Virus record (IMG/VR): IMGVR_UViG_3300044640_002221
Coordinates: 72,924-136,923 of that record
Source of the DNA: a virus
Strand: one strand, 5' to 3'
DNA length: 64,000 nt
Every line of letters starts with the position of its first letter. Position 1 is the first letter of the stretch. Position numbers and translations under genes: made by a program. Below the pieces are notes generated by a model. It saw nothing but the letters and a program-made list of their open reading frames with translations. It did no database searches and was not told the DNA's origin. This document shows, one piece after another, positions 27,771 to 36,645 of this stretch.

Positions 27771-27910
27771 TATTTCTACTTTCTTGCGTTGTTTAGTCTG
27801 TAGTTATACAGCCCTTATATTCCACTGATAAAGAGAGAAGTTTAGTCCTTCTGCACCTTTTGGCTTTAGGTTAGCCCTAATGTAATCAATCATCATTTAA
27901 GCCCTTATAG

Positions 27911-28507
27911 TTAAAGAACAATATCCCAATCATCTGGTAAAGCGTTTAAGTCTGCTTGCAATCCAGTTCTTTTATCAATCCATCTGCTGCATATCCAATC
28001 TGGGATGCCCTCTGGATACATCTTCTTTAAGTCACCAACAACAAACCCTACCACACCAGCAGAAGGACTTTTAGCCACATCTATGCCCGCTCTCAAACAG
28101 CAATGCACAGGTGAAGACCACCTTTCAACTATTTGGTTTCTGAGGTTATCATAGGCTTCAAGCCGTTTGTCCTTGCCACGCTGCTCCCATAACTTCTCTA
28201 GCACCTTTAACTCTTTTTCTGTAGAGTGTCTATGGATTCTGGCGTATATCTCATTCTCTATACCTTCAGAGATTAAACTGCTCAATAGCAAGGGCTTATT
28301 TCTAGAGTCAAAATACTTGTGGTCTTCTGCGTAAGGTTCAGTTTCATCCCAGCTTGTGTAAAGAGATAAGTCATCTTTTATCTCTGTGAATATGCAATCT
28401 AAGCTATCCAAAATCCACTCAAGACTAGGTTCTTCACTATCTACATAACAAGCTTTTGCCATTCTGGTTGAGAAGTCTATCCAACGTTCATTAGCTATTT
28501 GCGTCAT
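27911..28507 (-). CDS. Conserved hypothetical protein
   Basis: CCLRAGIDVAKSPSAGVVGF...GDLKKMYPEGIPDW. Confidence 0.7.
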   Translation of the reverse strand: MTQIANERWIDFSTRMAKACYVDSEEPSLEWILDSLDCIFTEIKDDLSLYTSWDETEPYAEDHKYFDSRNKPLLLSSLISEGIENEIYARIHRHSTEKELKVLEKLWEQRGKDKRLEAYDNLRNQIVERWSSPVHCCLRAGIDVAKSPSAGVVGFVVGDLKKMYPEGIPDWICSRWIDKRTGLQADLNALPDDWDIVL

Positions 28508-28998
28508 TACTAACCCACTTATACGTTATGTCATCTTCTGTACTTACAAGACCAAGAGCTTCAAGAACTTTAAGAGTTTGTTCCCCAGCACTCATGAAGT
28601 CGTGAGTCATCCAACTTTCACTTCCTTGACACTCTCAGGTCTAAAGACACTGAGCTTTACGCTTACCGGATATTGCTGTAAGTTAGATACTCTTTAGACA
28701 TATTTACTAAAGCTGTCACTACTTCTTGTTTAGTAACTGCTGCTGGTAGCTCTATAACTAAGAACTTATCCGAGTCTAAAGTAGAGTTTGAACCATAATA
28801 TTCTGAAGATTTAGACCAGGTGTATCTGCCCTCACATAGCTTTTCTACCTTCCCTAACTTTTCAAGAGTATCCAAGCACAGCCAGTCAGTTTCTGTATCT
28901 GCTTCAAGATAAACTGCGTCTAAGTCAGAAAGGTACTGTAAAGCCATCCCTTCTAAAGTTTCTACTAGTTCTGGTATGGTATTAACTGTCTTTTTCAC
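28491..28998 (-). pseudogene. 151-aa gene interrupted by a 52-bp IS605-type insert
   Basis: Removing 28626-28677 joins ...EYLTY to GSESWMTHDFMSAGEQTLKVLEALGLV... in frame (456 nt). Confidence 0.8.
28626..28677 (-). mobile_element. 52-bp collapsed IS200/IS605-type element (PATE-like), target TTAC
   Basis: TTAC|AGCAATATCCGGTAAGCGT-AAAG-CTCAG-T-GTC-TTTA-GAC-CTGAG-AGTG-TCAA|. Confidence 0.85.
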
Positions 28999-29470
28999 CT
29001 TTCAAAAACTCCTCAAATATTTTAGTAACTACTACCTGCGGCAGTTCATCATCACTATCAAAGCAAATAGACACCCATATAGGTTCTTCTGAGGTTCCAA
29101 TTCTTGAGTCTCTTACGCAGTGATGCCACTCGCAGTTGTTTAAGATAATAATTGTTCCAGCCTCTTGGGGATTAAAGTTGTTTTCCTGGTCAACACCTTT
29201 AGCTATTAGACCTGTATTGATCAGAACCAAGTGATAAGCATACTGTGAGAACTCATCATCTGTATGACTAGCCACTCCGCCTGTAGCTATAAAATAAGCA
29301 TCACCAAGAGAGTAACTATCTGTTACTAAGGAAGGGTCAAAAGAAGTAAACTCTTGATGTACGTCTCCTTCAGCTATTAATTCGCCAGCGAAGGTTGTCT
29401 CAACTTGGTTTAGAGGATAAACTTGTCTAACTTGCTCTTCAGTAAACTGTTTCCATTGGTTAAGCAGCAT
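28982..29470 (-). CDS. 2OG-Fe(II) oxygenase/cupin-like protein
   Basis: GVASHTDD (HxD)...GTIIILNNCEWHHCV distal His, in a beta-rich context. Confidence 0.6.
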   Translation of the reverse strand: MLLNQWKQFTEEQVRQVYPLNQVETTFAGELIAEGDVHQEFTSFDPSLVTDSYSLGDAYFIATGGVASHTDDEFSQYAYHLVLINTGLIAKGVDQENNFNPQEAGTIIILNNCEWHHCVRDSRIGTSEEPIWVSICFDSDDELPQVVVTKIFEEFLKGEKDS

Positions 29471-29520
29471 AAAGTTTTTATTTTTATTCTTTCTCTATTC
29501 TTTTTTCTTATTATTTTAAG

Positions 29521-29594
29521 TGCCCTCTGGTGAACTCGAATCACCAACCGATTCCTTAGAAGGGAATTGCTCTGTCCAATTGAGCTAAGAGAGC
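29521..29594 (-). tRNA. trnR: tRNA-Arg (TCT)
   Basis: GCTCTCT/AGAGGGC acceptor stem, anticodon arm ATTCC-CTTCTAA-GGAAT, T-loop TTCGAG. CCA not encoded. Confidence 0.95.
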
Positions 29595-29598
29595 TTGA

Positions 29599-29669
29599 AG
29601 CTGGTAATAGGATTTGAACCTATGTCTTTCCTTTACAAGAGGATTGCACTGCCATTATGCTACACCAGC
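29599..29669 (-). tRNA. trnT: tRNA-Thr (TGT)
   Basis: GCTGGTG/TACCAGC acceptor, TCCT-CTTGTAA-AGGA anticodon arm, GGTTCAAATCC T-arm. Confidence 0.9.
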
Positions 29670-29673
29670 AAAG

Positions 29674-29746
29674 GTAGCATGAAGAGACTTGAACTCTCAA
29701 CCTGCTGCGCCACAAGCAGCCGCTCCACCTTTGAGCTACATACTAC
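29674..29746 (-). tRNA. trnH: tRNA-His (GTG) with encoded G-1
   Basis: G-1:C73 pair, TAGTATG/CATGCTA acceptor, GCTGC-TTGTGGC-GCAGC anticodon arm, GTTCAAG T-loop. Confidence 0.92.
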
Positions 29747-29757
29747 ATCTTTTTTTT

Positions 29758-29766
29758 ACTATACCA
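29758..29766 (-). promoter_or_regulatory. Extended -10 element upstream of the tRNA cluster
   Basis: TGGTATAGT (TGnTAnnnT) about 12 nt before tRNA-His. Confidence 0.5.
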
Positions 29767-29773
29767 CAGCTTG

Positions 29774-30190
29774 CTATGAATTTCTAAACCTATCATAATA
29801 AGTTGTGATTCCGCACACTACTGTGCCTTTCTCTAGCTTCAAAGGAGCAGCAAGAATGTTATCTGGGTTAATTCCTAACTCAACTGCCATCTTTCTTGCT
29901 CTGACAGCTAATAATTCACTCTTCTGGGCGTTGAACCCCTCAAGACATACTTTATACTCTTGAGCCGCAAATAAAGCTGCTAACAGAATCTCTGTAGTAG
30001 AACCAAACCCTCTGCTATTTTTTATCCAATCAGCTTTTTGATAAGTAGTGAGCTTATTATTATCTAGTACGTCTTTTACTACCTTAACAATGTAGTCCCA
30101 AGGTTCTAAAAGCCCTAAAGCTTGTCTTATGTCTTCTACAGATTTGTACTTTAACTCTGTCTGTAACGAACTGTTTGTTCCTGTAATCAT
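29774..30190 (-). CDS. Hypothetical protein
   Basis: 138-aa ORF, GGAGG SD upstream. Confidence 0.7.
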   Translation of the reverse strand: MITGTNSSLQTELKYKSVEDIRQALGLLEPWDYIVKVVKDVLDNNKLTTYQKADWIKNSRGFGSTTEILLAALFAAQEYKVCLEGFNAQKSELLAVRARKMAVELGINPDNILAAPLKLEKGTVVCGITTYYDRFRNS

Positions 30191-30259
30191 CTAAACCTCC
30201 ATTTTAAAAGCCTACAAGATTACCTTGTAGGCTTACTCACACCACACTTCACTTGATCT

Positions 30260-30781
30260 TCACACAGCTAAGACTTCTTGCATAGCTTCTGCCTCTGAGT
30301 CTAAATCACGGTTCACACTCAAGTCACTATCAAACTTATCAGGGTAACGAGCACGAAGTTTAGCAATATTAGCCTCCATAGCTCTGTTAACATCTACACC
30401 TCTTGTGGAAGTGAAGAGAGCTAGAAACCATAGTAAGTCTCCAGTTTCCTCAAACTCGTTAAGCTCTCCTGTTTCATCAATAAAACCTAACAAAGCTTCT
30501 ATTGACTCACCAACAATACCTAACAAGCTATGCAAAGTATCGAAGCCTTGCTTACCATATACCATTGGGTAAGTTTCTGTAACTTTATATTCTTCTTCCG
30601 AAGCAGTTAACTCCTCTTGAGGCTTACCATAGAATAAAGCTCTTTTCAGCTTAGTAATTTTTTCTTCTGCTGCTCGGAGCATTAGGATAAGTTCTGCTAA
30701 GGCTGAGGCTTTTACTGTATCTCCATAAAAGTTAGGAGAGAGAGTTCTTAACGCTTGTGGTGTGTAATCTTGAAATTCCAT
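30260..30781 (-). CDS. MazG-like NTP pyrophosphohydrolase
   Basis: LHSLLGIVGESIE...EETGDLLWFLA...AMEANIAKLRARYPDKF. Confidence 0.9.
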   Translation of the reverse strand: MEFQDYTPQALRTLSPNFYGDTVKASALAELILMLRAAEEKITKLKRALFYGKPQEELTASEEEYKVTETYPMVYGKQGFDTLHSLLGIVGESIEALLGFIDETGELNEFEETGDLLWFLALFTSTRGVDVNRAMEANIAKLRARYPDKFDSDLSVNRDLDSEAEAMQEVLAV

Positions 30782-30926
30782 GCTACTATTGCTACTCTAT
30801 TAAGCAGCTTTAATGTTTTCTTCTGTTTTTACTACTATTCTCAAAGGCTAGTGTATCTACCAGGAAACCATACCTGATTTGTTATAGAAACTACAAAGTT
30901 TTCATGAACTGGTGTTATTTTTATGC

Positions 30927-31724
30927 TCATTTTAGCTGCCCTAACTTTCTAAAATGTCTTTCATAGTCCTCAAATCTTATCTTGGTGATGAATGAGCGAT
31001 CGCCATTTCTCACAATAATACCTTCTGGATTTCCTGTTGCTTCCTTTGACAGTTTGCACTGCGTAGAGTCAATCAATCTCTTCAGAAAGTTGTAGGTTTC
31101 TTCTATTCCGGTTGGTAAAACTACTGGCTGACTCTTATTTAGCATTGGTACCAAGTCTAAGTAATTACTTTCTGCAAATGCCTCTAAGAACACACAATTA
31201 AAGAACTCTTGCCCACCATTATCTCTCCAAGAGGCTATAGCAGGCAAACTATCGTCTAGTCTAGACAAGGAAACCCTTGATATATCAAACAACCTGTAAC
31301 CAACTTCTCCAGTAGAGTAATTTTTAAAGTTAGGTTGTGTGGACTCTCCATAGACTTCAAAGTAGAGAGTGGTAATCATATCCTCTAGATAATTAAAGGC
31401 TTTACTACATAGTTCTTCTGCTAGAGGTTTTAGAGTTTCTACAATATTTTGGGTGTACACCTGTAAGAAATCTCCCTTGCTATACAACAACTCCTCTCTG
31501 CTTCCTATTACGTATCTCCACTTGTTATTGTGCATAAAGAGGCTAATCCTAGAGTTACAGCCATCCACCTTTTCTGTGGAGTATAGAACACTCTGCATAG
31601 GATTCTTATTAGCTGGAGGAGTTACGTTTAGTTCCTCTGTCAATAGCCCTTTCTGCCCATGCTTATGGTATGACAGGATGGAAGGGTACTTTGTTGCACT
31701 GTTTAGTGCTGTGATGTTGACCAT
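30927..31724 (-). CDS. RNA ligase (Rnl2-like nucleotidyltransferase)
   Basis: KYPSI, motif I TEKVDGCN, IGSR, FEVYG, YRLFDI, EGIIVR, KIRFED. Confidence 0.85.
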   Translation of the reverse strand: MVNITALNSATKYPSILSYHKHGQKGLLTEELNVTPPANKNPMQSVLYSTEKVDGCNSRISLFMHNNKWRYVIGSREELLYSKGDFLQVYTQNIVETLKPLAEELCSKAFNYLEDMITTLYFEVYGESTQPNFKNYSTGEVGYRLFDISRVSLSRLDDSLPAIASWRDNGGQEFFNCVFLEAFAESNYLDLVPMLNKSQPVVLPTGIEETYNFLKRLIDSTQCKLSKEATGNPEGIIVRNGDRSFITKIRFEDYERHFRKLGQLK

Positions 31725-32019
31725 TTAATCTCCTCTCTATTTCTTTTGATTTCATTAGTTCTGCGATCGCTTCTTTTAGACTCTCAGCAGCAGCCTCAGC
31801 AACTTCATAGCTGCCATTAATCTCACCATCTACCTGAATAATGTAGTTAGTAATGACGGCTCTCCACTGCTTTTCTTTAGACTCATAAATTAGAAAAAAT
31901 TCATGAGTCCAACACTGCTCTCCCATTTTAATCCTGCTCTTAGCGTTCAGAGCCTCACAGAGGACTACTATTTCTTGAATTGGAAGCATTTTTATTCTAT
32001 TGATTTCATAAGCGACCAC
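31663..32019 (-). CDS. Hypothetical protein
   Basis: Paralogue-like to 31992..32180 (W-R/V-A ... AE ... LMKS). Confidence 0.6.
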   Translation of the reverse strand: MVAYEINRIKMLPIQEIVVLCEALNAKSRIKMGEQCWTHEFFLIYESKEKQWRAVITNYIIQVDGEINGSYEVAEAAAESLKEAIAELMKSKEIERRLNGQHHSTKQCNKVPFHPVIP

Positions 32020-32180
32020 AGCACCTCTTCCGGGTTCTCAGCGGTAGCACTGGCAATTATTTGACCACCGACTTTGTAGATAGATGCTACCCACTTTGCC
32101 TCGGCGTTGTTGTAAGTAAGAGAAAAGTCTGCATTTAGCTTTTTGCAGGTGTTAGTTACTGTTCTATTAGGGTCTAGCAT
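31992..32180 (-). CDS. Hypothetical protein
   Basis: 62 aa, GGAGAGG SD upstream. Confidence 0.65.
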   Translation of the reverse strand: MLDPNRTVTNTCKKLNADFSLTYNNAEAKWVASIYKVGGQIIASATAENPEEVLWSLMKSIE

Positions 32181-32293
32181 TTAAACAACCTCTCCTATTA
32201 AGTAATAAGAAACATCAAGTTATCTAACACGGCGGCTATTAACTCAAGGTTTTTTGCTTCTAGCCTTATCTTCTTACCTTCTTCATAGCCTAA

Positions 32294-32494
32294 TCAAGCG
32301 GTTGTATTCGGCAGAATATGAAAGTTGTCTGGATGGTACTCAAACTTTATACCCACAGAGTCATCGCTTTCACTAAAAAACCAAGTTCCCGGATGGACTA
32401 AATGAAAGTTATTAAGCTCAAGAGTCTTTTCAATAAGCTGAAAAGCTTTTAGTACAACTTCTGTCTTAGTTTTTGGGTAGTATTCTTCTTCCAT
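32294..32494 (-). CDS. Hypothetical protein
   Basis: 66-aa ORF. Confidence 0.6.
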   Translation of the reverse strand: MEEEYYPKTKTEVVLKAFQLIEKTLELNNFHLVHPGTWFFSESDDSVGIKFEYHPDNFHILPNTTA

Positions 32495-32498
32495 TATT

Positions 32499-33299
32499 TC
32501 AAACCTTGACGAACTGTTCGCTGCGTATCTCCTTACTACAAGCTACCAAGGCTAACAAACTATCTTCTAGTTCATCTAGCCCCCGCTCATTTAACAAAAC
32601 AATATCAGCTAACTCTTTAAACCTTGCTGTATCTTCACTAGCATGAGCGTCGGCAGCTTCAATTGCTCTATCTACATAAATCAGCAAAGCGCCTTGCTGC
32701 CGAGCCCATAAAGCTTCATTCTCAAAGCGACCATCTGTAACTACAATTTTACAGTTAGGGTCTTGCTTTCTTAACTCTTCTATCTGCACTTGCAAGGCTA
32801 AACACCAGGTATCAGGATGGATAGACCTGAATACTTCTGTTCCTAAGATTTGAAGAGCTTGGCGAGGAGATAGATCGTAAGGGTAGATGTACTTCTGTAA
32901 CAGTGAACTAACCAGTCCTACAGCTTGTAAATAGCTTAAGCCATTAAACTTATAGTTTGGAACATTATTAGGCTTTTGGTAGCCATAAATCATTTCTAGA
33001 ACTGTTGGTAACTTAGCAGTCCACAAATACTCATGTGTATTTCTGAATCCAGAGATAACAGCATCTTTATGGTACTCCCGGCCTGTTCTCAAGTCAGGAT
33101 GTGGATACTCCCTCCATGCTCTATCTTCTTCTGTCAGCCCATCTAACCTGTCCCTTGGTAAATCATATACCCAAGCCACAATGTCCTTTAGACGGCTGGC
33201 AAAGCTCATCTGGTGATAGCCGTAGTTCTTCATAAGAAATCTACCACAAGTGGACTTACCGCTTCCTTTTGGTCCGCTCAGAATGATTAGATTATTCAT
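32499..33299 (-). CDS. Deoxynucleoside monophosphate kinase (T4 gp1-like)
   Basis: P-loop SGPKGSGKST, SFASRLKD, PRQALQILGTEVFR, VVTDGRFENE. Confidence 0.9.
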   Translation of the reverse strand: MNNLIILSGPKGSGKSTCGRFLMKNYGYHQMSFASRLKDIVAWVYDLPRDRLDGLTEEDRAWREYPHPDLRTGREYHKDAVISGFRNTHEYLWTAKLPTVLEMIYGYQKPNNVPNYKFNGLSYLQAVGLVSSLLQKYIYPYDLSPRQALQILGTEVFRSIHPDTWCLALQVQIEELRKQDPNCKIVVTDGRFENEALWARQQGALLIYVDRAIEAADAHASEDTARFKELADIVLLNERGLDELEDSLLALVACSKEIRSEQFVKV

Positions 33300-33570
33300 A
33301 GAACTTTTTCAATGATTGATACATAAGCTGAATCTTTGAACTCATTAATACCAACGCTGTCAATATCAACTAACGCGCAGTTTAGTAAAGCTGCTTTTAG
33401 TGCGTCTTGCTGTTGATTTGTTCTTTCTTGAGCAGGTACTGTTAAGGCTTGTTTGAGTAAGCCTTCCAAGTATCTATACCAGCACGTCTAGCTAAAACTG
33501 GCATACTACTTATATACCGCTTCGCCCATGCTGGTAAGTCTAAGCTGTATACGTCTGTTAAATTACTCAT
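33296..33570 (-). pseudogene. ~91-aa gene split by an apparent 1-nt deletion
   Basis: MSNLTDVYSLDLPAWAKRYISSMPVLARR in one frame, WYRYLEGLLKQAL...IIEKVL* in another. TAATG and ATGA overlaps at its ends; span 275 nt. Confidence 0.6.
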
Positions 33571-33755
33571 TAGTCTGGTAGTTTACTTTCTACTAGGTTT
33601 GCTAAACTCTGAATGACCTCTTCAACTTGCTCTTGGTTATCAAGTCTAATCTTTAGATAGTCCCACATGAGATTGATAACGGCTTCAAGAGTGTCTATTT
33701 GGTCACGGTGGGACTTACTCTGTTCAGCAAGCATTATTACGTCTTCAATGTCCAT
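33570..33755 (-). CDS. Hypothetical protein
   Basis: 61-aa ORF coupled to neighbours. Confidence 0.65.
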   Translation of the reverse strand: MDIEDVIMLAEQSKSHRDQIDTLEAVINLMWDYLKIRLDNQEQVEEVIQSLANLVESKLPD

Positions 33756-34268
33756 TTAATCTCTAACCCATAAGATGCCGTTGTTTAATCTTCTAGTAAT
33801 GTCTTGTTCAAGCACAAAAAGCTTCTCTTCTAACCCATTAAGAAGAGAAAACCAATGTTGGTAAGCAAACAAGCCAATATACTTAAGCGGTAAAGATGCT
33901 GAGTCTAAAGAAAACCTGTAAACCCTGTCCCGCTCAAGTTCAGTAGCCACACGATAATCACCATCTACACACCTTTCCACCTTTCCTTTATAGAAAATAG
34001 GCTTAGAGATATCTTCTACACTCTGTAAAGGCTGTCTTTGGTAGTAATCTTCTAAAGCTGCTAAAGCCACAGTCGCGACTTGAATTAACTCTTCTGCATA
34101 GTTGTCTGAATCTCCTTCTCTCACTGCTCTGGCTACTTCACCAAACTCTTCACCAAGAATAGTTAGCCACGCAGTTGCGTTAAGGCTCTCACCTTTACTA
34201 CCAAACTTTTTTATCTGGCGATCACGCTCGGCAAGAATAGCATCAAAAAAGTCTGTTGTTGTTTTCAT
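33756..34268 (-). CDS. MazG-like NTP pyrophosphatase domain protein
   Basis: ILAERDRQIKKFG...WLTILGEEFGEVARA...EELIQVATVALAALE. Confidence 0.85.
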   Translation of the reverse strand: MKTTTDFFDAILAERDRQIKKFGSKGESLNATAWLTILGEEFGEVARAVREGDSDNYAEELIQVATVALAALEDYYQRQPLQSVEDISKPIFYKGKVERCVDGDYRVATELERDRVYRFSLDSASLPLKYIGLFAYQHWFSLLNGLEEKLFVLEQDITRRLNNGILWVRD

Positions 34269-34272
34269 GGTT

Positions 34273-34737
34273 TTACTCTCTAACGTGACAAAATACCTGC
34301 GGCTCTTTGATGTCTAACTCTTTTACTTCCAGCAAATCTGGTAAAAACTTTTGAGTTTCTTCACACGCTAAACTAGGAAAATCTTCGTTAGCTACCACCC
34401 AGCCCTCTTCTTTTAAAGCTAGTTCTAAGGCTTGTTCTTTAGAGTATGCAGACACTATCGTTTCTATAGGTGTACTGCTATAAGCAGATGAAGGGTCACT
34501 ATAACCAACTGAGTAGATGTTTAAAGCCGCTTTTTCGATGTCTAACAAATCTACTTCTCTTAAACGCCAGTAGATAGATAACCAGTTAAGACCTTCACCT
34601 TGCTCTCTTTTTATCTTCTGCAGTAATTGTTCTGCAAATTCTTCACTTGTCCCTAAAGGTAAAGAAAACATTGGGGAGTCATTCTTACAAATTACAAACT
34701 GTTTAGTCATAATGTGGGTTGGTTTATTGTTAAGCAC
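34273..34737 (-). CDS. Hypothetical protein
   Basis: 154-aa ORF. Confidence 0.65.
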   Translation of the reverse strand: MLNNKPTHIMTKQFVICKNDSPMFSLPLGTSEEFAEQLLQKIKREQGEGLNWLSIYWRLREVDLLDIEKAALNIYSVGYSDPSSAYSSTPIETIVSAYSKEQALELALKEEGWVVANEDFPSLACEETQKFLPDLLEVKELDIKEPQVFCHVRE

Positions 34738-34958
34738 TTACAGACCACTACCGTCGGTTTGGGGGTGGTTTAATCGGAGGACTATCTGAGTCTTTCTTTT
34801 GTGGTTTTTCTTCTTTATCTTTTGCCATAACTAGTCTCCTTTGTGATTTTGCCTTACTCTTTTCTTTTTGAGCTATTACTAGCTCTTGTAGTTCTGGATT
34901 TAATAAGAAACAGCAGAAGTTTCGCATCTCGCTCTTAAGAGTGAGTGTGTGGAGTATG

Positions 34959-35109
34959 TCATTGCTCTCTAGCTAAGAACTCTTTAATTCTTGATATGAC
35001 CTCTTGCTTAGTAGTGAACCCTTTTAGTCTGTAGAAGTCAGCATTAATTGACACTCTCAGGGCTAAAGCCGCTGAGTTTTACGCTTACCGCGAGGTCTTA
35101 TAAAAACAT
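34959..35109 (-). pseudogene. 32-aa ORF interrupted by a 52-bp IS605-type insert
   Basis: Removing 35048-35099 gives MFLFNADFYRLKGFTTKQEVISRIKEFLAREQ*, similar to the C-terminus of 17787..18221. GAGGTG SD upstream. Confidence 0.6.
35048..35099 (-). mobile_element. 52-bp collapsed IS200/IS605-type element, target TTAT
   Basis: TTAT|AAGACCTCGCGGTAAGCGT-AAAA-CTCAG-C-GGC-TTTA-GCC-CTGAG-AGTG-TCAA|. Compensatory T-A to G-C change relative to the 28626 copy. Confidence 0.85.
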
Positions 35110-35110
35110 C

Positions 35111-35440
35111 TCACACCTCTATAGTTTCTGTTTGGTAGTCTTCTAGCTGTCTAATAACGTTCTGGGCTGATAAAGTGTTTATAAACCTATTAACTGTTGC
35201 TCTTTCTAGTAGAAGAGCCCAAACTACAAACTCTTTGTACTTTTCACAGTCTTGCTCTAACAAAGCCAGAAGACTCTCGACGCGAATCTCCCCCGCATCT
35301 ACACGGTGATATTGACCTACAGTTAGAAATAGTTGGTCAACAAAGGTATGCTCTTTTCTTGTAAGATAACCTTCTATCTTTGAACCTTGTCCATTCTCTA
35401 TTAAGTCTTTGACCCTTGACTCTTTCTGTTCACACCACAA
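35111..35440 (-). CDS. Hypothetical protein
   Basis: 109-aa ORF. Confidence 0.65.
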   Translation of the reverse strand: MWCEQKESRVKDLIENGQGSKIEGYLTRKEHTFVDQLFLTVGQYHRVDAGEIRVESLLALLEQDCEKYKEFVVWALLLERATVNRFINTLSAQNVIRQLEDYQTETIEV

Positions 35441-35473
35441 TGCTAATTTAACGCCACTCTTTTTACCTTGCTC

Positions 35474-35704
35474 TTATCTTTTTTTCTTCAATAAGGGATT
35501 GTTGTTATAACTCGCCGCATTGTTGTTTGCAAAAGCTAAATATTTTTCAACTTCTGTTATAAAGTTTTTCCTTAGCTCCTCCTCTGTTTGTCCTTTAAAC
35601 ACTACAACACCATCAGGCGAACAACCTATTACTTTTCCTACCCACTTCCCTTCTTCTTCACTAGCTTCTCCTATGTATCGATCATGCTTTAAGTAAACTA
35701 CCAT
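35474..35704 (-). CDS. HicB-like protein (standalone)
   Basis: YIGEASEEEGKWVGKVIG...VVVFKGQTEEELRKNFITEVEKYL matches the HicB pattern G.V.G...F.G.SV.EL...F...V..YL. Confidence 0.7.
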   Translation of the reverse strand: MVVYLKHDRYIGEASEEEGKWVGKVIGCSPDGVVVFKGQTEEELRKNFITEVEKYLAFANNNAASYNNNPLLKKKR

Positions 35705-35717
35705 TCTTCTAACTCTC

Positions 35718-35993
35718 TCACAAACCTAATAACCAATTCCACAACTTCACCAGCTCTGCTACCTCTTTGCAAACTCCATCTTCCATCTCACCCGCTCCCC
35801 AAACCTTTATATAAGTAACTCCCTCGTCCCCTCTATATAAAGTCAACTTTCTCCTTTCATGCCACCACTCATATACATAATCACTGCCATGAGTTCTATT
35901 CTCTAAAGGACTCCAGTATTGCAGCCCAAGCCCTCGCACTCTTCCTATAAATCCTCTCAGTAATAGGTTACTCACTAGCTGTGACTCCTTCAA
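35718..35993 (-). CDS. Hypothetical protein
   Basis: YVYEWWHERRKLTLY...YIKVWGAG...WNWL. Confidence 0.65.
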   Translation of the reverse strand: MKESQLVSNLLLRGFIGRVRGLGLQYWSPLENRTHGSDYVYEWWHERRKLTLYRGDEGVTYIKVWGAGEMEDGVCKEVAELVKLWNWLLGL

Positions 35994-36147
35994 TAATTAA
36001 AACTCTTAAAAATAACTCTGGCTCAATCTTTAACAAGAAGTCCTTAAACTCATTAAGGGTCATTGCCTCTCCGTCGGCAAGACTGAATGATCTTCCTAAG
36101 TTAGTCTTAAACACTCTATACTTTGGTTCTGTTCCTTTCATTATTTT

Positions 36148-36330
36148 CTACTCCTTTAATAAAGCTAACAATGGAGCCACACGCAGCTTATACTCCGCGC
36201 CAGCCCCTCCTATTACACAAGAAATATACAACTCATCACTGTCTACCTCTAACCTGTCCACCTTTAAATGAACTACCTCTGACCTTTCGGTTCCATAGGG
36301 TACTGGCGTTAAAGGAGGATAATGTTTCAT
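36148..36330 (-). CDS. Hypothetical protein
   Basis: 60-aa ORF. Confidence 0.55.
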   Translation of the reverse strand: MKHYPPLTPVPYGTERSEVVHLKVDRLEVDSDELYISCVIGGAGAEYKLRVAPLLALLKE

Positions 36331-36645
36331 TGGTATTTCATAATTTACCCACAGCCCGCCTCGCTCCTACTCTTTTATTCTACTCTTACCTTTTTTCTCA
36401 TTATTAACCACTTACAAACACCACAAAACACCCCACAAATGGCTATATAGCTTGCAAGGGTGCTATGTTGGGGTTAAAGTACCTAATTATTAGAATCCCT
36501 CGTGAGCTTGCGCTCCGAGGGACTTTGAAGTGTTAATTGGTAAGAATAGTTATTGCAAAATAATGAAGGCAGAAAAGGTGGGGGATTGATTGTATCACAG
36601 CTCACAACTGTACTGAGATAACAACTTAAACTTTCCCTTATTACC

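Noticed and set aside
29595-29798. 67-aa plus-strand ORF
   Set aside because: It is the antisense reading of tRNA-Thr and tRNA-His.
28626-35099. TTGACA inside the 52-bp elements as -35 promoter boxes
   Set aside because: It is simply the reverse complement of the IS end TGTCAA, and no -10 box sits at 17 nt.
36496-36522. GAAT-preceded hairpin TCCCTCG..CGAGGGA as another IS605 end
   Set aside because: It lacks the TTTA loop and the downstream TCAA. Kept only as part of the 36.4-37.4 kb control region.
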